Assembly: GCA_021786105.1 (NCBI GenBank)
Contig: JAJYNW010000021.1
Span: 1-25,552, forward strand
Source: a bacterium
GTDB lineage: Bacteria > Patescibacteriota > Microgenomatia > Daviesbacterales > UBA10151
DNA: 25,552 nucleotides
Direction: 5' to 3'
Shown: in pieces, positions 17,087 through 25,440 of the stretch
Numbering within the stretch: position 1 is the first letter of the stretch
Layout of the letters: each line of letters begins with the position of its first letter
Notes under the pieces: model-generated
Database searches by the model: none
Told to the model about the DNA's origin: nothing
The model's input: the letters and a program-made list of their open reading frames with translations, nothing else
Translations under genes and position numbers: made by a program

Positions 17087-17781
17087 CTTAGTTGAATAGT
17101 AGTTTGGAAAATTACCGAATCAATCTGACCGGACAAAGACGGAGGCACGGCCACGCCCGGATTCATAATAAACGATATGCTCACACCATCTTTAGATCCC
17201 GACTGAATACTTCTGGTAAATAAACCGCTGCTACCTGCTAATCTATCCACCGACACACCTAACTGAGTATTGGTATCAGTTAAAGAATTTGGGCTAGGCA
17301 TGGGGTCTGTACAGACAGTACTAACAAACGACCCAACATCCATCGGTGAAGGCGCCGGAGAATTCATCATGCAAGGAGCGGACGGATTAGGCTGAGGATA
17401 ATCAACCTGAATCTGACCATTTTGAACCGGGTTTGGGCTGGGACTGGGAGCAACAAATCGATACCTGGTGTAGCAACCATCCTTCACAATGACTAAAGTA
17501 TCAGATGATCCGGCTGCGCTTGGACATACCACATTATCAGAACCTCTAATGCTTTTATCCAAACCCTCCAGTACCGCCTGCCCATTTTGTTTAATAACTG
17601 CCAATATCTGTGCTTTATTGCTGCCACGCAAAGTGCTGGCAAAAATTGCCACAATTATTACCCCGATAACAGAAACTATAGCAATAGCTACCAAAACCTC
17701 CACCAGGGTGAAACCATCTTCCTTGTCATCCCGACGAATGTCGGGATCCATAAATAATTTACATTGAACCATTATCTTCAA
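17083..17781 (-). CDS. Minor pilin (PilW/PulJ-like)
   Basis: DG|FTLVEVLVAIAI; FQTTIQLR C-terminus. Confidence 0.87.
   Translation of the reverse strand: MKIMVQCKLFMDPDIRRDDKEDGFTLVEVLVAIAIVSVIGVIIVAIFASTLRGSNKAQILAVIKQNGQAVLEGLDKSIRGSDNVVCPSAAGSSDTLVIVKDGCYTRYRFVAPSPSPNPVQNGQIQVDYPQPNPSAPCMMNSPAPSPMDVGSFVSTVCTDPMPSPNSLTDTNTQLGVSVDRLAGSSGLFTRSIQSGSKDGVSISFIMNPGVAVPPSLSGQIDSVIFQTTIQLR
17725..17750. repeat. Short REP/dRS3-like palindrome in a pilin leader
   Basis: GTC-ATCCCGAC-GAAT-GTCGGGAT-CCA. Confidence 0.7.
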
Positions 17782-18341
17782 AGCTTTCTTAATATTGTTA
17801 TCAATCTTGATTCATGTATTCCGGTTGTATCGCTCCACTGAACAATAACGGTAATTGTTTTTTGGGTCGCATAACTTGTGGAATCATCTGATAGAATGAT
17901 CACCCTTTTAAATTTACCATTAAGAAGGTCTTCAGCACTACTTGGCATATCCGAACGCGTAGTTAAATAGTCTAAATTAACAGAAGCACTAGAATTAAAC
18001 CTAAAATAGGCATTTCCTCCGCTACCATAAGAATTATATAATTGGCAACTCCAGATGGAGCTACAAGAAGCATCCCCATTCCATGAACAAACAGGATTAC
18101 CGGATACAGGACAATTAGCAGTGCCTGTTAAATTTCCAATTCTTCCATCTCTATCCCTGCTTGTTCTAACCATTTCCATTCCTTCCTGAGCTAATTTAGT
18201 GGCTTGGGCTGAAGCTTTAGCGAAATTAGCATCCCTTAAAGAAAACAGCGTGGCAAAAACTAAAGCCGCCACCACTAAAATGCCCACGGTGGCTGCCACT
18301 ACCACTTCCAGAATACTTTGACCTAGCTGATCATTGGACAT
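17778..18341 (-). CDS. Minor pilin (PilV-like); start probably 18341, possibly 18362
   Basis: LG|QSILEVVVA, ATKLAQEGMEMVR, ITVIVQW. Confidence 0.82.
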   Translation of the reverse strand: MSNDQLGQSILEVVVAATVGILVVAALVFATLFSLRDANFAKASAQATKLAQEGMEMVRTSRDRDGRIGNLTGTANCPVSGNPVCSWNGDASCSSIWSCQLYNSYGSGGNAYFRFNSSASVNLDYLTTRSDMPSSAEDLLNGKFKRVIILSDDSTSYATQKTITVIVQWSDTTGIHESRLITILRKL

Positions 18342-18951
18342 AAATCTTGCCTCCCTGTTCAATAATTAAAGATTTTGTATTTGTGGTTTTGGTATTCCGC
18401 AGCGTAATGGTGAGTGAAGTACATCGCGCATCGTCTCCAATATTTATCTTACCAGTAAGAGGATCAAATCTTACGGCAAATGCAGTAAGCGGCGGAGCAC
18501 TGGGACAGTATGAACAGCTGGAAACCATACCACATTCTCCGGTTATGGATTGTATTGTAATATTTGCCCCTAATTTAAAGGTTTTTTTGGTAGTCAGAGC
18601 AGGCGTAGGAGAGGGGAGGGGAAAGGAAAGCGGAGAAGGTAACAACTGGCAATTTAAGTTAGTCGTAATAAGATCATTTGAGAAATAAACCTGCCAGGTA
18701 GTACCAAATTGATTACTGGCACATGCTGAATTAGTAGTAGCATTGGTTTGAGCTAAACGAAGCTGGTTCTGAAAATCTAAGACTGCATTTTTTAAATTTT
18801 GGTCTTCACCGAAACCACTATAGTTTGCTAGTGCATAAATGCTAGTTATAGCAATAATTGCTATAACTACTAAAAGCTCAACTAAGGTAAAGGCATTCCG
18901 GACAGTTTTGCCCATATTTTCATTGTACATTGTATATTTTTCATTGTACAT
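18331..18951 (-). CDS. Minor pilin (FimT/GspH-like)
   Basis: NA|FTLVELLVVIAII, LRLAQTNA, IEQGGKI. Confidence 0.85.
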   Translation of the reverse strand: MYNEKYTMYNENMGKTVRNAFTLVELLVVIAIIAITSIYALANYSGFGEDQNLKNAVLDFQNQLRLAQTNATTNSACASNQFGTTWQVYFSNDLITTNLNCQLLPSPLSFPLPSPTPALTTKKTFKLGANITIQSITGECGMVSSCSYCPSAPPLTAFAVRFDPLTGKINIGDDARCTSLTITLRNTKTTNTKSLIIEQGGKIYVQ

Positions 18952-18952
18952 T
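18917..18952. repeat. Heptamer-period tract in a pilin leader
   Basis: CATTGTA CATTGTA TATTTTT CATTGTA CATT; encodes MYNEKYTMYNEN. Confidence 0.8.
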
Positions 18953-18953
18953 C

Positions 18954-19442
18954 CTAAGGAGGACCGACTGTAAAATTATATGAGCCACCGGCTTCGCAAC
19001 TGCCGACTACAGAAGAAGTATTCGCTAATTTGGCGCAAAGAGAATAATTATTGCAGTTGCCATTTACAGCTGAATTATCACAGATTGCAGGACTAATAGG
19101 TAAAGCAGTATAGGAATACTCCGGACTGCCGGTTGGGTCAGTCGGAATGGTGTTAAGGTAGGTTTTTTTGCCGGTCGGATCTTTTAAAGCACAGCCGAAC
19201 TTAAAAGCACCATTGGTGCAGCTAGTACCTGCTGCTGGATAATAACCCTGGTCTGAATAGTATTGCTCCAAGGCTGATTGTATTGATCTTAAGTCTGACT
19301 GTCTTCTTGCATCCTGGCCTTGCTTGATGGCAGTAGAGTAAACAATCAAACCAATTGCCGAAAGTATGGCTATTATTGACATACTAACCATCAGTTCAAT
19401 TAAAGTGAATCCGTTGTTTGTAAAACCATTCTTTTTGGGCAT
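18954..19442 (-). CDS. Type IV pilin, GspG-like
   Basis: NG|FTLIELMV, DARRQSDLRSIQSALEQYYSDQGYYP, IPTDP. Confidence 0.9.
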   Translation of the reverse strand: MPKKNGFTNNGFTLIELMVSMSIIAILSAIGLIVYSTAIKQGQDARRQSDLRSIQSALEQYYSDQGYYPAAGTSCTNGAFKFGCALKDPTGKKTYLNTIPTDPTGSPEYSYTALPISPAICDNSAVNGNCNNYSLCAKLANTSSVVGSCEAGGSYNFTVGPP

Positions 19443-19449
19443 TAGTTTT

Positions 19450-19479
19450 ATTTTAGTGAAAAAGTAATTGAAAGATCAA
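19450..19479 (-). promoter_or_regulatory. Putative promoter of the minor-pilin operon
   Basis: Minus strand TTGATC-18 nt-TAAAAT, 7 nt before ATG 19442. Confidence 0.45.
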
Positions 19480-19495
19480 GCTACCTGTAAGTACT

Positions 19496-20968
19496 TCACT
19501 TGTGTTTAAGCTCATATATCAATACTTTATAACCGCCGTCATCAACTTTTATTACGTTAATTACATTCTCCTGCAAATAATTATCGAGCATTGATCCAAT
19601 AAACGCATTGGAAAGTGGCGCATTAATTACTACATAATCCAAATAATCTAATAAACCTTTAAAATCATCCTGGTTAGTTTTTACCTGAGGAAACTCATAC
19701 AGCTTGTAATCTCCATCAGACCGGAATGCATAGTACAAATCGGGAATGCTGGACAAAAACACTATTTTTCCTGCCGGCACAATAGACCTAACCTTTTCTG
19801 CAAAGTTAGTATAAGATTTATCAGCACTATTTGAAACCACTGAAAGATAATTATTTATTCCTAAAATAAGCAAGACTGCCGAGATTGATATCGCCGAAAC
19901 CCTCAAATCATGCATAAGAAGCTTTTTCTTGCTACCAATTGAATAAACTAGCAGCAAAATTAACGCCGCGTAGGCAAACGGAGTAATGTAAACCGAATAC
20001 CATTCAATTTTTCCAAAAAAGGCATACATCCAAGCCGCTCCTAGCATCAAACTAATAAGCAACCAATGTGCTCTTTTAGTTAACGCTGAGAGAACGAAAA
20101 AAGTCAGAGTAATAATAAAGTAGATTAAAAAACTTAGCCTGTACACCAAAGGCAGGGAAGTAAATGACATATTTAACCAGCCAGGGGTCATATTTCTACC
20201 CTGAGCCTCTAAATTTAACTGACTGCTTAAAACACTCAAGTTGGGTAAGATTGTCAAAAGCCAAAGCAAAGACGGCAAAGCAGCTGAAGCGACAAAAATC
20301 CAGAAACTTTTTTTATTAAAAAAATTTCTTTCAGAGAGGGCTAGAAAAAACACCAAGGCTAATACAAACACCCCAGCCAAAAAATGGACCATGGGTGCCA
20401 TACCAACTAATAGCCCCCCAACAACCAAAAACAGCTTTGAATGAATATTTTTTAAATCGAGCATTTTCAAAACCAACGCTGCCGCACCTACTACCAGAAT
20501 CATTATTAACATTTCCGGTCGACTAACTATGGCAGATTTGGAAAAAGTTGGATCTATAATCAACAAGAAAGATCCGAGAAATGCCAAAAAGGCGGATTTT
20601 ATCTCAGATATTTTTGGCGCTTCTTTATTAATAAGAAGTTTAGAAAAAATAAAGAAAACATCAAGAAAAACACAACCTAATACAATTGACAGCAATCTTT
20701 GATTAACAATAGAAAAACCAAAAAACTTAAACCAAAAAGATAGTAGGTAAAGAAAAACCGGTGGGTACCAAAAAACTTCATGGGAAACACTTGATATTAA
20801 ATTACCCCAAAGCTCTGTGGTAGGTTTACCATTTCTTATAATACCTAAAGCCACGTCTCCCAGTGAAGACTCATCCGGCCAAACTGGAAAAAGATCTAAT
20901 AAGTGAGGTACATTAAGAAATAAAAAGATAGCAATAAGCAAGGACAAAAGGATAAAGTGAAGCTTCAC
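19496..20968 (-). CDS. GT-C fold membrane glycosyltransferase (ArnT/PMT-like)
   Basis: WPDE after TM1, YPPVFLYLL, RLLS, SRPE; many TM helices. Confidence 0.8.
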   Translation of the reverse strand: MKLHFILLSLLIAIFLFLNVPHLLDLFPVWPDESSLGDVALGIIRNGKPTTELWGNLISSVSHEVFWYPPVFLYLLSFWFKFFGFSIVNQRLLSIVLGCVFLDVFFIFSKLLINKEAPKISEIKSAFLAFLGSFLLIIDPTFSKSAIVSRPEMLIMILVVGAAALVLKMLDLKNIHSKLFLVVGGLLVGMAPMVHFLAGVFVLALVFFLALSERNFFNKKSFWIFVASAALPSLLWLLTILPNLSVLSSQLNLEAQGRNMTPGWLNMSFTSLPLVYRLSFLIYFIITLTFFVLSALTKRAHWLLISLMLGAAWMYAFFGKIEWYSVYITPFAYAALILLLVYSIGSKKKLLMHDLRVSAISISAVLLILGINNYLSVVSNSADKSYTNFAEKVRSIVPAGKIVFLSSIPDLYYAFRSDGDYKLYEFPQVKTNQDDFKGLLDYLDYVVINAPLSNAFIGSMLDNYLQENVINVIKVDDGGYKVLIYELKHK

Positions 20969-21017
20969 TAAAAAATGATATCATATTGACTTATCAGCCT
21001 GTAATTGCAATGATCAT

Positions 21018-22916
21018 ATGGTGAAAATTAAGAAACTTCTGCAAAACCGCAAAATCCAGTTAGCAATCATTGTTCTGGTAACCATTATTGCCTATATAAA
21101 TATTCTTCCTAATGGTTTTGCCTGGGATGACCGGGATTTTTTTATTGACTGGCCACAAATTAAAAACAGTGAAGGCTTGCCGGCTTATCTAAGCGTTCCG
21201 GCTTTATTGGAAGGTGATTTACCCCTAAATCACCGAGGTATATATCGGCCTCTCAGGAGTATGTATTATTTAGCCAGTTATGCAATCTGGGGACAAAATC
21301 CTCTTGGTTATCATATTCAAGCAATCATTGTACATACGCTAGCGGCTTTAGTTATTTACCTTATCGTCGAATTAATTACTAAAAAAAGATTGCCCGCTTT
21401 TTTTACGGCAGTTCTTTTTGCCACTCACCCCATTCACACCGAAGCAGTCACTTATATTACCGCCAGTATGGATACCGTAGGAATTCTTTTTTTCTTTCTC
21501 TCTTTTTATCTTTACTTAAAATCAACCAAAGAAAAAATTAAGAAAAATACCTATTTACTGGCTTCGGTGATTTACGGTTTTTTAGCTATTTTTACTTATG
21601 AAATGACTTTAGTATTACCATTAATGATCCTTTTATACGATTTCTGTACAAATAATTTTTCCCTAAAAAAGCTATTATCCAAAATTAATACTTACAAATA
21701 TTTTATTTTATTGCCAGTTATTTACGCTCTAATCCGATTTGTAGTTTTAAGAATCGGTAATAGAGCTGATTATTTAGGCGTGGGCTGGCAAGTAGCGGCT
21801 AACCAGGCCCGGGTTAGCTTCCCGGAAACAATTGCCCATTATCTTTCACTACTTGCCTGGCCGGTAAACTTAACCATCAGCCCGGAATTATCCATAAAAT
21901 TACTAGACGCTTTCATGAAATTATTATACAAAATAAGTCCTACCGGCTATTTAGTTGATCTATCCACTCATATTGTTTTTATTTTTCCGGTGATCTACTC
22001 TGCGCTGGCTATTTTGATCGCCTATAAAATCTGTAAAAAATATCCATTAGTATTTTTTGGAGTCTGCTGGATTATTATTACCTTACTACCGGTATCAAAT
22101 ATCATTCCGCAAGGCGCTACGATCGCAGAAAGGTTTTTGTATATACCATCTTTTGGCTTTGTCTTTTTAATCGGATTCTTACTTTATCATTGCTTTATAT
22201 TTTTGGAAAAGAATAGAAGATTAATATACCGGCGCTTTTCCCTTGCATTAATCCTATTCTTTCTGCTGACAACTGCTTTTTATACTTTTCAAACAATCAA
22301 ACGGAATGCGGACTGGAGAGATGAAAAAAACATTTGGCTGGCCGCCATGAAACTTTCTCCAAATCAACCGCGCTCTTATATTGCCTTGGGTGTAAATTAT
22401 AGTCGGGATGGCCAATACGACAAAGCAATCAGTTTTTATAAAAAAGCCGCTGATTTGGATCCATCGGATGTTACTATTATTATTAGTCTTGGTTTAACCT
22501 ATACCCAAAAAGGCGAGTTTGAAAATGCTAAAGCTCAGTATCAAAAAGCAATAAATATTAGTCCAAAATATTATCTGGCTCATGTTGATCTGGGTGATGT
22601 TTATATTAAACAAGGAGAATATGAATTGGCAAGGAAGGAATACCAATCTGCCCTGGATATTAAAAAGAATGACCCGGCTATCTTGTCTTATTTGGGAAGT
22701 GTTTACTATAACGAAAAAGAATACGACAAAGCTATCGAAGCCTTTAATAAATCATTAGAGCTTGATTCAAACCAACCAAAAGTATATTTGGGACTGGCCA
22801 GTTCTTATAAGCAAAAAGGGGAGATTCAAAAAGCCATCGAGATCTTAAAAAGAGCCAACAAAGATCTAAATAATCCGGAAATTCAGAAAGAAATAAAAAA
22901 TTTAGAGAACAGTTGA
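21018..22916 (+). CDS. TMTC-like GT-C membrane protein with C-terminal TPR repeats
   Basis: FAWDD, YRPL, LFATHPIHTEAV, AERFLYIPSFG, RNADW, then several TPRs. Confidence 0.85.
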   Translation: MVKIKKLLQNRKIQLAIIVLVTIIAYINILPNGFAWDDRDFFIDWPQIKNSEGLPAYLSVPALLEGDLPLNHRGIYRPLRSMYYLASYAIWGQNPLGYHIQAIIVHTLAALVIYLIVELITKKRLPAFFTAVLFATHPIHTEAVTYITASMDTVGILFFFLSFYLYLKSTKEKIKKNTYLLASVIYGFLAIFTYEMTLVLPLMILLYDFCTNNFSLKKLLSKINTYKYFILLPVIYALIRFVVLRIGNRADYLGVGWQVAANQARVSFPETIAHYLSLLAWPVNLTISPELSIKLLDAFMKLLYKISPTGYLVDLSTHIVFIFPVIYSALAILIAYKICKKYPLVFFGVCWIIITLLPVSNIIPQGATIAERFLYIPSFGFVFLIGFLLYHCFIFLEKNRRLIYRRFSLALILFFLLTTAFYTFQTIKRNADWRDEKNIWLAAMKLSPNQPRSYIALGVNYSRDGQYDKAISFYKKAADLDPSDVTIIISLGLTYTQKGEFENAKAQYQKAINISPKYYLAHVDLGDVYIKQGEYELARKEYQSALDIKKNDPAILSYLGSVYYNEKEYDKAIEAFNKSLELDSNQPKVYLGLASSYKQKGEIQKAIEILKRANKDLNNPEIQKEIKNLENS

Positions 22917-22920
22917 AGAA

Positions 22921-23364
22921 TTATTGAGCGTTTCTTCTACAGTAAAAACCATTAGCACCGCCAGTTGTTCCTAAGTTAGCACCAGTTGTACTCGTTGCGT
23001 TCCCAATGCTTGTTTCTAGAGTAGCACAGAGAGTATAACCTGCAGTGCTCAATGATCCAGTTCCGCTAGGACCAGAACTTGCATAAGCTGAGGCACCTCT
23101 TGGATCGACAGGTACAGTTTGATCAGAAAACCAAGTAGATGAAACTGTGGTTGGATAAACATTATTTTGATAGTTAACTTCCATGGCTTTAGACATAGCG
23201 ATAATATCTTGAATTCTTTTTGAATCTCGGGCTTTTTGTTGGGTAGAAGTAAATAGGGCAATACCGACAACAGACAAAATAGCAATAATGGCGATCACAA
23301 CAAGTAACTCAATTAAGGTAAAACCTTCAGGGTTATTTATTGTTTGGGGCAGATATTTTTTCAT
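22921..23364 (-). CDS. Type IV pilin
   Basis: EG|FTLIELLVVIAIIAILS, ARDSKRIQDI, VPVDP, YTLCATLE. Confidence 0.92.
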   Translation of the reverse strand: MKKYLPQTINNPEGFTLIELLVVIAIIAILSVVGIALFTSTQQKARDSKRIQDIIAMSKAMEVNYQNNVYPTTVSSTWFSDQTVPVDPRGASAYASSGPSGTGSLSTAGYTLCATLETSIGNATSTTGANLGTTGGANGFYCRRNAQ

Positions 23365-23439
23365 TAAATTTTTGCTTACAATCCATTATTCACATAACCA
23401 AAAAAGTCTGTCAAGACCCAGTTTAGCCTCAATAATAGT

Positions 23440-23487
23440 TCAAAATTCAAAAATCAAAAGTCAAAAGTGCAAGTAAAAAGTCAAAAG
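23440..23487. repeat. TCAAAAN heptamer arm (left)
   Basis: TCAAAAT TCAAAAA TCAAAAG TCAAAAG TGCAAG TAAAAAG TCAAAAG. Confidence 0.85.
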
Positions 23488-23855
23488 TTTTTAGCTTTTA
23501 ACTTTAAAACACCCGCTGCCAACATATTGGCAATTTCAGTTGCTTCAGCGAGTAATTCATCCGCAGTTTTTATATTAGCTATTCCTGAATCTTTAAGTAA
23601 ACTAAGCCAATATTTTGTCTCATTAGCACTTTTAAGAGCGGTTTCATAAAACTTTTTATATTCTAATCTAGAACTGGCAGCGCTACCTTCAATAAGATTC
23701 GCACCGATAGACATAGCAGAACGCAAAAGTTGATCTGCTATTATCCATGCTGCTCTTTTATTCGGTAAAGTATCCATAAACGTAATCATAGCTAGGCTAA
23801 ATTTATAGCATCTTGTCTTTATATCACTTTTAAATTTTGAACTGTAATTTTGCAT
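23481..23855 (-). CDS. Four helix bundle protein (23S rRNA IVP-like family)
   Basis: DQLLRSAMSIGANLIEG, ALKSANETKYWLSLL. Confidence 0.92.
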   Translation of the reverse strand: MQNYSSKFKSDIKTRCYKFSLAMITFMDTLPNKRAAWIIADQLLRSAMSIGANLIEGSAASSRLEYKKFYETALKSANETKYWLSLLKDSGIANIKTADELLAEATEIANMLAAGVLKLKAKNF

Positions 23856-23874
23856 TTTGAATTTTAACTTTTGA
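23827..23874. repeat. TCAAAAN heptamer arm (right, inverted)
   Basis: Reverse complement reads TCAAAAG TTAAAAT TCAAAAT GCAAAAT TACAGT TCAAAAT TTAAAAG. Confidence 0.85.
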
Positions 23875-23875
23875 C

Positions 23876-24823
23876 TTATCTACCTATATGCAAATACCAT
23901 TCCACAATTTCCTGTCCCCAGAAAAGCATTATCAAACTTCCCAAAACCAGGAACGGACCAAAAGGGATAGTCTGACCAAAACTCTTTTTACCGACAAGGA
24001 CTAACCCTACTGATAATACGGCACCTGTTAAAAATGACAAAACCATAGCAAATAATGCCTGGGGGAATCCCAGCATCACTCCGATAAATGCTCCCAGCTT
24101 AACATCGCCGCCGCCCATCCCTTTTCCGCGCGTTACAATAATCAGGCTTAAGAAGAACCCGCCGATTAAAATACCCATCAATAAAGATAAAAGAAACGGC
24201 TCAGCTATCATTAATACATGTCTTTGAAAATAATCACTTTTAGGAGGAAGCAACAACCGGCCTATTGCAGATTGAGATAGCGCGTAATGAAGGAAACCTA
24301 TTTTTGTTATTGTGATTATTAAATTAAGAACAACCCCGATAATGATTGAGGGCAAAATTACCCGGTCGGGAATGAACATCTTTTTTAAATCCGTCAAGAA
24401 AAGAACTGTCAAAACCGTTATAAAAAAGGTTTTAAATATCAGCTCCAAACCAAAAACTAAAAATTGAAAATTTTGGACACTTAAAGCTAGCTGAAACTGA
24501 AAATCGGAGATTGGAAACGGAAAATTTTTAAAGCTTTGCCAAAATAAAAACCCCACCAAAATCCCCATCACCACTTCTATAGTCAAATACTCGACACTTA
24601 TCTTATCTTTGCAATACCGACATCTGCCCTTGAGGATTAAAAAGGATACAACAGGAAGAAGGTCATACCAAGCTAATGTATGTTTACATCGCGTACAGTA
24701 TGACCTTCCCCTAAATGACTTATTATTAAGGCTTCGATCCGCTAATACTTTTAAAAAGCTTCCCAGGATCGTACCTATAATAAAACCTACTAAAATAAAC
24801 CAAACCACAGTATTAATAAGCAC
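23876..24823 (-). CDS. pilD: Prepilin peptidase (A24)
   Basis: GSFLKV, RSYCTRC, GRCRYC, LTDL, MGGGDVKL, IPFGPFL. Confidence 0.95.
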   Translation of the reverse strand: MLINTVVWFILVGFIIGTILGSFLKVLADRSLNNKSFRGRSYCTRCKHTLAWYDLLPVVSFLILKGRCRYCKDKISVEYLTIEVVMGILVGFLFWQSFKNFPFPISDFQFQLALSVQNFQFLVFGLELIFKTFFITVLTVLFLTDLKKMFIPDRVILPSIIIGVVLNLIITITKIGFLHYALSQSAIGRLLLPPKSDYFQRHVLMIAEPFLLSLLMGILIGGFFLSLIIVTRGKGMGGGDVKLGAFIGVMLGFPQALFAMVLSFLTGAVLSVGLVLVGKKSFGQTIPFGPFLVLGSLIMLFWGQEIVEWYLHIGR

Positions 24824-25373
24824 AGACCAAACTCATATCAGAGCCGACAGCGTACGAATTATTATCAGTATCCCCATCAGTCGACATCTTGCCTCTTTGT
24901 TGCTGTGATTCTAACCGCGCCTTAATTATCCACTTTGCGCCATCACCACAATAAGTGTAGTGATATTCAGTACTGGCTGCGCCGTTATTAGTCGGATCAA
25001 CCGGCAAAGTTGGCACTGTGACATTTGACTGTCCGGCAAAATTAATTTGTACCCATCCCGTACCATTAGTCAGCCTTGTGTTAGCACCTGATGGATAAGT
25101 CCTGTTAGGACCACAAGTCACACCAGTAGCAGTATTATCATTACAGGCAGGAGACTGTTGAGCTGCTGCTGAGCCTTCCTGTAAAGCCACATTAATGGCA
25201 TTTTGTAAATTCATCAAATCGGAAAGCCGGGCCGCATCTCTACCTCGCATGGTTAACTCAAGCGGATTAATGATAAGCACCACAACTGCAGCCAAGATGG
25301 CAATAATTGCAATTACAACTAAAAGTTCTACAAGTGTAAATCCTTTATGTAGAACTTGAGCAGATTTTTTCAA
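24813..25373 (-). CDS. Type IV pilin, candidate major pilin
   Basis: KG|FTLVELLVVIAIIAILA, RDAARLSDL, LPVDP; strong SD AAAGGGGGTGAG before the TTG start. Confidence 0.92.
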   Translation of the reverse strand: MKKSAQVLHKGFTLVELLVVIAIIAILAAVVVLIINPLELTMRGRDAARLSDLMNLQNAINVALQEGSAAAQQSPACNDNTATGVTCGPNRTYPSGANTRLTNGTGWVQINFAGQSNVTVPTLPVDPTNNGAASTEYHYTYCGDGAKWIIKARLESQQQRGKMSTDGDTDNNSYAVGSDMSLVCAY

Positions 25374-25440
25374 ACTTTCTCACCCCCTTTATAATCCATT
25401 GTAGACACAACTTATAATAGCTAGTCAAGGGGCCAATTAG

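Noticed and set aside
18954-19442. Type II secretion system
   Set aside because: The GspG-like pilin sits with pilMNO, and no secretin or other T2SS genes are in the window, so a type IV pilus is more parsimonious.
517-24908. Short antisense or overlapping ORFs (e.g. 517..732, 5648..6007, 8415..8729, 12596..12937, 18347..18688, 23467..23649, 24609..24908)
   Set aside because: They are shadows of well-supported genes and have no recognisable motifs.
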